Source: an uncultured Spirochaetales bacterium
GTDB taxonomy: Bacteria > Spirochaetota > GWE2-31-10 > JAFGQB01
DNA length: 64,000 nucleotides
Reading direction: 5' to 3'
Assembly (NCBI GenBank): GCA_964531405.1
Contig: CAZHHK010000001.1
Location: 913-64,912, forward strand
Every line of letters starts with the position of its first letter. Within the stretch, counting starts at the first letter, position 1. Made by a program: the position numbers and the translations under genes. Below are positions 29,202 to 37,686 of this stretch, piece after piece. The notes beneath the pieces are model-generated. The model was not told the origin of the DNA and made no database searches. It was given only the letters and a program-made list of their open reading frames with translations.

Positions 29202-29222
29202 TTAATTCGAATTTCGAATTAA
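29202..29222. promoter_or_regulatory. 21-bp perfect palindrome (putative operator) in the 5' leader of the PDO-like gene
   Basis: TTAATTCGAA-T-TTCGAATTAA: 10-bp perfect inverted-repeat arms with a 1-nt centre, 31 nt upstream of ATG 29253 and about 35 nt downstream of the predicted -10. A half-site-like AATTCGA also occurs at 29173-29179. Confidence 0.45.
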
Positions 29223-29252
29223 TAATAAATATTTATCTTAAGGAGGATTGCC

Positions 29253-29894
29253 ATGTCAATATTCAATGATAGCATTAAAGAAAATCTTACAAAAATTCTT
29301 TCACAAATGAAAGAGAATGTAAATATAATATACTTTACTCAGGAAATCGAATGCAATACTTGTGCTGATACAAGGAAATTTTTAGAAGAAATTGCACAAT
29401 TAAATGATAAAATAAAACTCACGGTATTTAATTTTCAATTAAATCAGGACAAGGCAAAAGAATTAGTTGTAATGAAAATTCCTGCAATAATCCTTCTTGA
29501 TAAAGACAACAATGATACTGGTGTAAGATTTTATGGAATTCCCGGGGGATATGAAATAAATTCTTTTTTATCAGCAATTCTTGAAATTTCCGGTAACAGG
29601 ACAGAGCTTCCGGGGAATATATTAAATCGTATAAGAGCAATCAACAAAGATATTCACATCCAGGTTTTTGTAACTCTGGTCTGCCCCTATTGCCCCGCAT
29701 CTGTAGTGAATGCACATAAACTCGCTCTGGAAAATAAAAAAATAAAAGCCGATATGATTGAGAGCTCGACTTTCCCTCATCTGGCAATTAAGTATTCTGT
29801 TCAAGGAGTGCCTAAAACAATTATAAATGAAAAATACGAGCTTGTAGGCGCTCATCCAATAGAAAATTTACTGGATTTAATCGAAAAAATTTAA
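29253..29894 (+). CDS. Glutaredoxin-like protein disulfide oxidoreductase (PDO-type, two thioredoxin-fold units, two CxxC motifs)
   Basis: 213 aa; N-terminal unit with CNTC, C-terminal unit with CPYC. The two-domain architecture and size match PDO/glutaredoxin-like proteins of thermophiles. SD AAGGAGG upstream. Confidence 0.75.
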   Translation: MSIFNDSIKENLTKILSQMKENVNIIYFTQEIECNTCADTRKFLEEIAQLNDKIKLTVFNFQLNQDKAKELVVMKIPAIILLDKDNNDTGVRFYGIPGGYEINSFLSAILEISGNRTELPGNILNRIRAINKDIHIQVFVTLVCPYCPASVVNAHKLALENKKIKADMIESSTFPHLAIKYSVQGVPKTIINEKYELVGAHPIENLLDLIEKI

Positions 29895-31591
29895 CTATAT
29901 TTCTTCTTTAAAGAAACAATTGCAGCTTTTTGGATGTTTTTTTTATTTATGTCCTTCTCCACAAATATTTTTTTGTTAGTAAAGGGGTCAGAGCTTGTAT
30001 AATACATCAAAGTTGAGTAGGTTGAGGGAGAAGGAGTAAAAATCTGCACCTGTTCTGGATTGATCTTAAGTGCTCCTTTTATAAATGTGTTTAATTTTTT
30101 CATGCTTTCAAGGGTTGAGCCGGGATGAGCTGCGATAAAATAATAGGTAAGGTAGATTCTTTTCCCAAGACTATTGTTTATTTTTTTGAATAATTCCAGA
30201 AATCTAAGGAGTTTATTGTTAGCAGGCTTGCCCATCAGGTTTAAAATTTCATCATCACAATGCTCCGGAGCAATTTTTAACTGACCAGAGATATTGTTTT
30301 TCATTATATAGCAAAGATATTCTTCACCATATTTTTTATCATTTACAATAAGATCATAGCGAATCCCTGATGCAATGAAAATCCTACGCATCCCTGGTAT
30401 TAAACTCAATTTTTTTAACAGTTCGATTTGAATTTTATGATTTATATTAATTTTCGGGCAGTTATCAGGGAATAAGCATCTTTTATCAATACATTTTCCT
30501 TTTTCAATTTTTTTTTCACATTCAAAACCATACATGTTTGCTGTAGGTCCACCGACATCATTTATTATTCCATTAAATTTAGGATGACGTGAAATATCTT
30601 CGGCTTCTTTTAATATCGACTCAATACTCCGGGAAACAACCGTATTGCCCTGATGAACTGCTATAGAGCAAAAATTGCATTCCCCAAAACACCCCCTGTG
30701 GGTAGTTATGGAAAATCGTGCCGTATCCAGAGCTCTGACCTCGCCTAGAGACTTATAATAAGGGTGAACGTCTCTCTCATAAGAGAGATTGTAGATATAA
30801 TCAAGTAACTTTTGTGCGATTTTAGGAGCCGGCGGATTATGAATCAAATATCTATCGCCATGTTTCTGATTTAAACCTTTTGCAGTCAGGGGATCATTGT
30901 TTTTATAAAAAAGATCAAACATCTCGATGAATTTATTTTTGTCAGACGATGATTCCTCATAAGAAGGAAGATCTATAAAGTTACTATTGGGTTTTTTTGA
31001 TATATAGCAAATCCCGTTTAGTGATTGATAATCAGCACCGTTTTTAAAACAATCCGCAATTTTTAAAACCGTCTCCTCAGCCATGCCGTAGATAATCAAA
31101 TCGGCTTTTGCATCAAACAAAACCGATCGTCTTATACTGTTTGACCAGTAATCATAATGGGCAATTCTTCTTAATGAAGCTTCAATGCCACCAAGGATTA
31201 TAGGTTTTGTGTTTTTAAAATATCTTCTTATTAAATTTGTATAAGCTATAAGAGCCCTGTCTGGTCTTTTATTATTGATCCCTCCGGGCGTCAAATCATC
31301 CATTTTTCTTTTTTTCATGGACGGTGTGTAGTTAGAAATCATTGAATCAACACTGCCCGAACTTATTCCCCAGAATAAATCCGGTTCCCCGAGCCTTGAA
31401 ATATCGGTTTTACTGTTTATATCAGGCTGTGCGATTATCCCGACTCTGTAGCCTTTGTCGATCAGCAATTTTCCAATAATTGCTATTCCATTATACGAAT
31501 AATCGATATAAGTATCGCCTGACACAAGGATAATGTCGAGTTTCTCCCAGCCAAGCCTTGTTGTTTCTTCTTTTGTTGTGGGAATAAACAC
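29891..31591 (-). CDS. YgiQ-family (UPF0313) radical SAM protein
   Basis: 566 aa; radical-SAM CxxxCxxC (CFGECNFCSI); long N-terminal YgiQ-type domain; overlaps the PDO gene end by 4 nt (convergent). Confidence 0.8.
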   Translation of the reverse strand: MFIPTTKEETTRLGWEKLDIILVSGDTYIDYSYNGIAIIGKLLIDKGYRVGIIAQPDINSKTDISRLGEPDLFWGISSGSVDSMISNYTPSMKKRKMDDLTPGGINNKRPDRALIAYTNLIRRYFKNTKPIILGGIEASLRRIAHYDYWSNSIRRSVLFDAKADLIIYGMAEETVLKIADCFKNGADYQSLNGICYISKKPNSNFIDLPSYEESSSDKNKFIEMFDLFYKNNDPLTAKGLNQKHGDRYLIHNPPAPKIAQKLLDYIYNLSYERDVHPYYKSLGEVRALDTARFSITTHRGCFGECNFCSIAVHQGNTVVSRSIESILKEAEDISRHPKFNGIINDVGGPTANMYGFECEKKIEKGKCIDKRCLFPDNCPKININHKIQIELLKKLSLIPGMRRIFIASGIRYDLIVNDKKYGEEYLCYIMKNNISGQLKIAPEHCDDEILNLMGKPANNKLLRFLELFKKINNSLGKRIYLTYYFIAAHPGSTLESMKKLNTFIKGALKINPEQVQIFTPSPSTYSTLMYYTSSDPFTNKKIFVEKDINKKNIQKAAIVSLKKKYS

Positions 31592-31594
31592 CGC

Positions 31595-32368
31595 TTAAAC
31601 CTTCATCATAGTTTCCCTGAATATCCTTTCGTTATTTTTAAGGAACGAATAAGGCGTTTCATAAGCCTCTTCAAGTTTTTCCTTGACAAGCATATCTTCT
31701 GTTAAACCAAGAACTGGAGGTCTATTTTTATAGAAAAGCAATGTAAATTGAGAATATTTTTTTGAAAGTTCAAGATCATGTATGGAATAATAAATGCTTA
31801 TATTGTTTTCTTTGCTAAAATTATTAATATAATCTAATGCTTTTCTTTTCTGTTTATCTTCCATGGCAAATATCGGTTCATCCATTATAATCAACTTTGA
31901 TCCATACAATAAGCTGAAAGCAAGTATTGTCCTTTGAAGCTCTCCCTTGCTTATATTTTGTGTTTTTTTGTCAAGAATATTTTTTAATTCAAAAATGTTA
32001 ATAAGCTCGTTAATAAAACTAGATTTTTTTATTTCATAAAATCCATTTTGATAAACATATTCCAATAAGTCTCCGATTTTATCCTCGGTCTCAAATTCCA
32101 TATTTTGATAAATAAAAGAAACATATTTTTGTCTATCATGTTCATTTTTAAATTTCTTTGTATCGATATCAAACAAAAAAACTTTTCCTTTAACGGGTTT
32201 AAGTAAACCTGCCGCCAGAAGCAACAGAGTCGATTTGCCTGTGCCGTTTTGTCCTATACAAGTCAAAATGCCTTTTGGCAAATTTAGAGATAAATTTTTA
32301 AATATATTAATATTTGTTTGCGGATAATTAAAGGCAACATCATTAAATTTTACTATTGATTCACTCAT
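31595..32368 (-). CDS. ABC transporter ATP-binding protein (orphan ATPase subunit)
   Basis: 257 aa; Walker A GQNGTGKST; signature ISKGELQRT; Walker B IIMDEP; H-loop. No permease gene is adjacent. 3-nt gap to ygiQ. Confidence 0.8.
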   Translation of the reverse strand: MSESIVKFNDVAFNYPQTNINIFKNLSLNLPKGILTCIGQNGTGKSTLLLLAAGLLKPVKGKVFLFDIDTKKFKNEHDRQKYVSFIYQNMEFETEDKIGDLLEYVYQNGFYEIKKSSFINELINIFELKNILDKKTQNISKGELQRTILAFSLLYGSKLIIMDEPIFAMEDKQKRKALDYINNFSKENNISIYYSIHDLELSKKYSQFTLLFYKNRPPVLGLTEDMLVKEKLEEAYETPYSFLKNNERIFRETMMKV

Positions 32369-32525
32369 GTTTTACTTATATATTTTTTTCTAAAATATTT
32401 CAAGATTGTTTGTTTATATAAAATTTGTAATTCTAAAATCTGAAAAAATAAAAAACTTCAAGAAATATAATAACACATGCATAAAATTTTTTTTGTAGAG
32501 ATTACTTATCCATTCCTTAAAATAT

Positions 32526-32554
32526 TTGACACCGCTCTTTTTAAGAATTATAAT
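32526..32554 (+). promoter_or_regulatory. Consensus sigma70 promoter (TTGACA-17 nt-TATAAT) for the RecD-like gene
   Basis: TTGACA at 32526-32531 is the very triplet the ORF track uses as a TTG start. 17-nt spacer. TATAAT at 32549-32554. The first in-frame ATG is at 32565, 10 nt after the -10, implying a leaderless or near-leaderless mRNA. Confidence 0.5.
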
Positions 32555-32564
32555 AACAAACATT

Positions 32565-34478
32565 ATGAAAAATCAAACTATTGACAAAATGCTATTTAAA
32601 TACACAGAATTAAAAGAACAAATTTTCGAATTATTGAATTTAAATAGTATTGATTACTATACGATAATGGATTTAATCGGTTATTTAAAAAATTATGATG
32701 ACGAAACAATTAAAAGTATATTTGTCATTCTTTCATGCATGTTTGATTCTTTAAAAAATGGAAGCATCTGTCTTAATCTTAACGGAGAACAGATTACTTA
32801 TCAGTTGGAAAAAATAAATTATAATAAGAAATTTTTAGATCCTGTGATAAACAGCATTATCAATAAAAAATTTTTCCATGAAATAATCGGATATGATGAA
32901 AATGATTATAAGCCTCTGATTTTCAAAAATCTTAATAATAAACCCTTTATTTATTTTCAAAAATATTTTTTTTATGAAAAAGAATTAAGACTGTGTCTTG
33001 ATCTACTTTTGTCTAAAAAAAATAAAAATAATTTGCCTGAAAATATAATCGATGAAATAAAAAAAAGCTCACTTGATGAAAAACAAAAAGTTGCTGTTTA
33101 TTTTGGATTAATCAATAATTTTACAATAATCTCCGGCGGTCCGGGCACAGGCAAGACTTATATAATATATTTCATCTTAAGAATGCTTGCCAAACTTGGA
33201 TTAGAGCCCTCAAAGATAAAGGTTGCCGCTCCAACGGGAAGGGCCAGCCAAAGACTTACTGAATCAATAAGATGTAATCTGTTAAAAGAGAACGATATTT
33301 CAATAAAAGATATGATTGGTAAAATCGAAGGAGAAACAATCCATAAAATACTGCATTATTCAAGATTAACAGACAATTTTACTTATAATGAAAACAATAG
33401 ATTTTCAATTGATGCATTAATTGTGGATGAAGTTTCTATGGTGGACCTTGTGTTGATGGCCAAACTTTTAAGATCACTTCCCGAAAAATGCAGGGTTGTT
33501 TTTTTGGGTGATAAAAATCAAATTCCTTCGGTTGAAGCAGGAGCTGTTTTGACAGAATTAATCCCTTCTAATTTCAAAGAGTCGTTCAGTAAAGAGGTGA
33601 ATAAAGTAACAGAAAATTTAAAAGTATCGGAAAAATTAATCAAAACGACGGATAGGATTATAATTCTTGAAAAATGCTTTCGCACTGATGAAAAAATTTT
33701 AAAAGTTGCTGAAATGATAAACCAAAAGAATATATCGAGTTTGGCTATAATAAAAAAAATCAAAATAGACGAAAAAATGTTTTTGGATAGTATAAATGAT
33801 ATTTATATAATCAAACAAGACAAAAATAACAGAGAAGCATTAAATATAGTAATCACAAGGTGGATCAAAAAATATTTTATCGACAAAGGTTACATAAATT
33901 TAATTAATGATATTGCAACGATTGATTCTCAAAAATACGACAGAGAACTCCTTTTAAATTTATTTAATATCATGGGAAATAATAAAATTTTATGCATTAT
34001 TAAAGAAAGTCTATACGGTGTAAATTATATAAATTCGATAATAAAAAATTTGTTTGAAAATAAAATCATTTATAAAACTGAAAAATATTTTTCAGGAATG
34101 CCTATAATTATAAATAAAAATGATTATCGCAAAAATTTATTCAATGGTGATGCGGGGATCATCATAAGAGATATAACGGGGATTTTTAGGGCAGTATTTT
34201 TTAAAAATGACACCTTTCGTTTTTATCCTGTTGACTTCCTCCCTCCTCATGATATGGCATTTAGCATAACGGTACATAAAAGTCAGGGATCGGAATACAA
34301 TGATGTTTTGTTGATACTACCAGATAACGAATCAAACAAACTTTTAACAAAAGAGATTTTATATACTGCAATAACACGATCCAGGTCAACTGTTTACATA
34401 TATTCTGATGAGGAGATTTTAAAAAAGTGTATAATGACTCAAGTTTCAAGAGAGTCGGGGATTAATCTTTACGAATAG
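32565..34478 (+). CDS. RecD-like SF1 DNA helicase (RecD/TraA family, AAA_30 + UvrD_C_2)
   Basis: Walker A GGPGTGKT; motif II ALIVDEVSMVD; C-terminal SF1 block AFSITVHKSQGSEYNDVLLILPD...LYTAITRSRSTVYIY. The start is moved from the ORF-track TTG 32526 to ATG 32565 because 32526-32554 forms a consensus promoter. The ORF ends with TAG at 34476-34478. Confidence 0.75.
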   Translation: MKNQTIDKMLFKYTELKEQIFELLNLNSIDYYTIMDLIGYLKNYDDETIKSIFVILSCMFDSLKNGSICLNLNGEQITYQLEKINYNKKFLDPVINSIINKKFFHEIIGYDENDYKPLIFKNLNNKPFIYFQKYFFYEKELRLCLDLLLSKKNKNNLPENIIDEIKKSSLDEKQKVAVYFGLINNFTIISGGPGTGKTYIIYFILRMLAKLGLEPSKIKVAAPTGRASQRLTESIRCNLLKENDISIKDMIGKIEGETIHKILHYSRLTDNFTYNENNRFSIDALIVDEVSMVDLVLMAKLLRSLPEKCRVVFLGDKNQIPSVEAGAVLTELIPSNFKESFSKEVNKVTENLKVSEKLIKTTDRIIILEKCFRTDEKILKVAEMINQKNISSLAIIKKIKIDEKMFLDSINDIYIIKQDKNNREALNIVITRWIKKYFIDKGYINLINDIATIDSQKYDRELLLNLFNIMGNNKILCIIKESLYGVNYINSIIKNLFENKIIYKTEKYFSGMPIIINKNDYRKNLFNGDAGIIIRDITGIFRAVFFKNDTFRFYPVDFLPPHDMAFSITVHKSQGSEYNDVLLILPDNESNKLLTKEILYTAITRSRSTVYIYSDEEILKKCIMTQVSRESGINLYE

Positions 34479-34484
34479 GAGTAA

Positions 34485-37400
34485 ATTATTAAATTCATAG
34501 CAGATTTTCATATACATTCAAGTTATTCGGTTGCAACCAGCAAACATCTTAATCCCACAAATCTTGACAAATGGGCAAGAATAAAAGGCATTAATGTTAT
34601 AGGAACGGGAGATTTTACTCATCATAAGTGGACTGAAGAACTTGAAAAAAAGCTTAGCGAGTCAGGAGAGGGGTTGTATGAATTAAAAGAAGAGTTTAAG
34701 GATAAAGAATTTATTGGTAATAATAATCCTGTAAAATTTATTCTGTCCGGCGAAATAAGTTTAATCTATAAAAAAAAAGATAAAGTAAGAAAAATTCATA
34801 ATTTAGTTTTATCTTCGGATTTTGCTACGATAAGAAAAATTCAGGAAAAATTATCAAAAATCGGGAACATAACTTCTGATGGGAGACCTATACTGGGATT
34901 TGATGCAAAGAATTTTCTTGATTTGATTTTGAATATAAATGAAAATTGTCTGGTTATACCTGCTCATATCTGGACGCCATGGTTTTCAGTTTTGGGCTCC
35001 ATGTCAGGATTTGACTCAATAAAGGAATGCTATGAGGATTTAAGCAGGTATATATTTGCAATTGAAACCGGATTGTCTTCAGATCCAGCAATGAATTGGA
35101 TATGCTCTTTTCTCGATGATTACGCCGTAATATCAAATTCTGATGCGCATTCACCTGAAAATCTCGGCAGGGAAGCAAATATCTTCGATACTGATTTAAC
35201 TTATAACGGGATAATAAATGCGTTAAAATCAAACGATAAGAATAAGTTTTTATCTACAATCGAGTTTTTCCCTCAGGAAGGCAAATATCATTATGATGGA
35301 CATCGTAAATGCAATGTTGTAATTGATCCTATAAATGCATTAAAAAATAATAACATATGTTCTGTATGTGGTAAAAAATTAACTCTTGGAGTAATGCACA
35401 GAGTTGTTGAGCTTTCAGACAGAACTACTATCGATGAATGTCCTAATGTCCGTCCATACTATTCCCTGATACAGCTTAAAGAGCTGCTTTCAGAAATTTT
35501 TAATTCGTCACCCTCTTCAAAAAAAGTTGATGATAATTATTTCAATCTTATTAAAATGTTTGGATCGGAGTTTGATATACTATTAAACAAATCACTAGAA
35601 GAGTTAAAATCATCAGGCAACGAACTTTTAGTTGAGGGAATAAAAAGGATGAGAGAAGGGAATGTAATCATACAGGAAGGCTATGATGGCGAGTATGGAA
35701 GAATAAAAGTTTTTAATGAAGATGAAGTCTCATCGCTTAAATCAAAAGATTTGTTTTTTATTCCTATTGAGAAGAAAACGATAAATAAAAGAGACAAGAT
35801 TGATTTTGAGGAATTTAAAAAAATAAAGGATAATAATAAAAAGAATGAAGCCTTTAAAGAAAACGCACACACATACAGCGATGGCTTCTCCCTGAATAAT
35901 CTTCAGTATGAAGCGGTTAAAAATATTTCTGGTGCAAGTATCGTAATCGCAGGACCAGGCACTGGCAAGACCAAAACTTTAACCTATAAAATTGTGGAAT
36001 TAATTAATGCAGGCATTAAACCTGAAAACATTCTAGCAATAACTTTTACTAATAACGCGGCAAACGAGATTAAAGACCGTTTGAAAATATTACTAAAAAA
36101 TTCTAGAAACATCAATGAAATAACTGTTTCGACTTTTCATTCCCTGGGTTATAAAATCATAAATGATTTTATAACAATCGGCGATAAAACGTCGATTATA
36201 ATCGATGATGATGATAAGGAATTTATTATAAAACAAATTTCTGATTTACAAAAGACCGAAATAAAAAAAGCAGTTAAAGTTATTTCTGATTTAAAGCAAT
36301 TTATTATTAAAAATAATCAAGCAGATGACAGATTTAATGAAATATTTTCTTGCTACAATGCTTTCTTAACAAAAAATAATCTTTATGATCTGGACGATCT
36401 TATTTATTTGCCAGTAACGGTTTTAAGAGAAAATAAAGAAATATTAGATAATATCAGAAAAAAATACACTTATCTTATTGTTGATGAATATCAGGATGTA
36501 AATCCCATTCAATATGAATTAATAATGTTGATTTCGGGGAAAGTCGATGCAAATATTACGGTAATTGGAGACCCAAATCAGGCAATTTACGGATTCAGGG
36601 GATCAAATTCTATGTTTATAAAAAGATTCCTGTTAGATTTTCCTGATGCAAAAATATTCAAACTTGAAAAAAGTTACAGATGCTCAAACAGAATTCTCAA
36701 TGCAAGTTCTCAGATTTTAAACAGTAGCTTTTTGCTTAATGGCTTGGAAGATGGCATAAACATAAACATTAACGAATTTAATACAGAGGGTGAAGAAGCC
36801 GAATTTACAGCACGTAAAATCGAACAACTTGTAGGAGGCTTAAGATTTTTTTCGATGGATTCAAAAATCGTTGATAGCGGCGATGAAGGCGGTTATGCAT
36901 TATCGGATATTGCAGTATTATGCAGGACTTATGATTTAATGAATCCTTTAAAAAAAGCATTTATCGATCATTCAATCCCTTGTGAAATTATTTCGAAGAT
37001 AAGTATATACAAAAAACATCCATTTGATAAAATTATTAATATTTTAAAATTCTTTATAAACCCTGAAAATAAATTTCTTATGGACAAAGCTTTAAGGATC
37101 AATGGAATTACAAAAGACACATTAAAATATTATAATAAAAACAAACTCATTGATTCGATTAAAAATCTAATTGATATTTATTTTCCTGATGAGATAAAGT
37201 CCAATCCAGAAGATTTTAAAATATTTTTTAATGAAATTGATAACTACGAAAATAATGCAAAAGCATTTATTAACTCGGTTTTGTTAAATAACACAGAAGA
37301 ATCTTTTAATATAAAAAAGGAAGCAGTAAGTATAATGACAATGCATGCTTCAAAAGGATTAGAATTTAAATGCGTATTCATAATCGGCTGTAACGATAAA

Positions 37401-37655
37401 TACATGCCGTTAAATCTATATGAAAATCAGCAAACCGATCTCGATGAAGAAAAAAGACTGCTTTATGTTGCTATGACAAGAGCTAAATCAAATCTTTTTA
37501 TAAGTTTCTCTAAAAAAATAAAATTATTTGGCACAAACATCAATGCAAATATAAGTCCTTTTTTAAAAAAAATAAAAAAAGACTTAATCGAATATGAAAA
37601 AATTAAATCGGATGCCTTTAAAAAACCTAAAGACAAACAGTTGGAATTATTTTAA
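34485..37655 (+). CDS. Fusion protein: N-terminal PHP phosphoesterase with Zn-ribbon (EndoQ/COG1379-like) + C-terminal UvrD/PcrA-family SF1 helicase
   Basis: The ORF track starts at TTG 34674. The same frame is open back to 34485 and encodes a canonical PHP N-terminus (ADFHIHSSYS...GTGDFTHHKW). Further PHP motifs follow (PAHIWTPWF, DAHSPENLG), then a Zn-ribbon-like HYDGHRKC...CSVCGKK. The helicase part has Walker A IAGPGTGKT, motif II VDEYQDVNP, motif III GDPNQAIYGFRGS and UvrD_C (MTMHASKGLEFKCVFIIG, LLYVAMTRAK). No ATG/GTG/TTG occurs in frame between 34485 and 34674, so the start must be non-canonical (ATT 34485 or 34488, or ATA 34497). Confidence 0.75.
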   Translation: MIKFIADFHIHSSYSVATSKHLNPTNLDKWARIKGINVIGTGDFTHHKWTEELEKKLSESGEGLYELKEEFKDKEFIGNNNPVKFILSGEISLIYKKKDKVRKIHNLVLSSDFATIRKIQEKLSKIGNITSDGRPILGFDAKNFLDLILNINENCLVIPAHIWTPWFSVLGSMSGFDSIKECYEDLSRYIFAIETGLSSDPAMNWICSFLDDYAVISNSDAHSPENLGREANIFDTDLTYNGIINALKSNDKNKFLSTIEFFPQEGKYHYDGHRKCNVVIDPINALKNNNICSVCGKKLTLGVMHRVVELSDRTTIDECPNVRPYYSLIQLKELLSEIFNSSPSSKKVDDNYFNLIKMFGSEFDILLNKSLEELKSSGNELLVEGIKRMREGNVIIQEGYDGEYGRIKVFNEDEVSSLKSKDLFFIPIEKKTINKRDKIDFEEFKKIKDNNKKNEAFKENAHTYSDGFSLNNLQYEAVKNISGASIVIAGPGTGKTKTLTYKIVELINAGIKPENILAITFTNNAANEIKDRLKILLKNSRNINEITVSTFHSLGYKIINDFITIGDKTSIIIDDDDKEFIIKQISDLQKTEIKKAVKVISDLKQFIIKNNQADDRFNEIFSCYNAFLTKNNLYDLDDLIYLPVTVLRENKEILDNIRKKYTYLIVDEYQDVNPIQYELIMLISGKVDANITVIGDPNQAIYGFRGSNSMFIKRFLLDFPDAKIFKLEKSYRCSNRILNASSQILNSSFLLNGLEDGINININEFNTEGEEAEFTARKIEQLVGGLRFFSMDSKIVDSGDEGGYALSDIAVLCRTYDLMNPLKKAFIDHSIPCEIISKISIYKKHPFDKIINILKFFINPENKFLMDKALRINGITKDTLKYYNKNKLIDSIKNLIDIYFPDEIKSNPEDFKIFFNEIDNYENNAKAFINSVLLNNTEESFNIKKEAVSIMTMHASKGLEFKCVFIIGCNDKYMPLNLYENQQTDLDEEKRLLYVAMTRAKSNLFISFSKKIKLFGTNINANISPFLKKIKKDLIEYEKIKSDAFKKPKDKQLELF

Positions 37656-37686
37656 AGTTGCACCAACAGAAATAAAATAATCTCGC

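Noticed and set aside
32526-37655. RecD-like and PHP-UvrD ORFs as a single gene broken by a sequencing error (one giant RecD-PHP-UvrD protein)
   Set aside because: Two separate in-frame stop codons (TAG and TAA, one codon apart) and an SD-like GGAG sit between them. The RecD-like C-terminus and the PHP N-terminus each look complete, so two genes are more parsimonious. The same-frame arrangement is nevertheless recorded as a finding.
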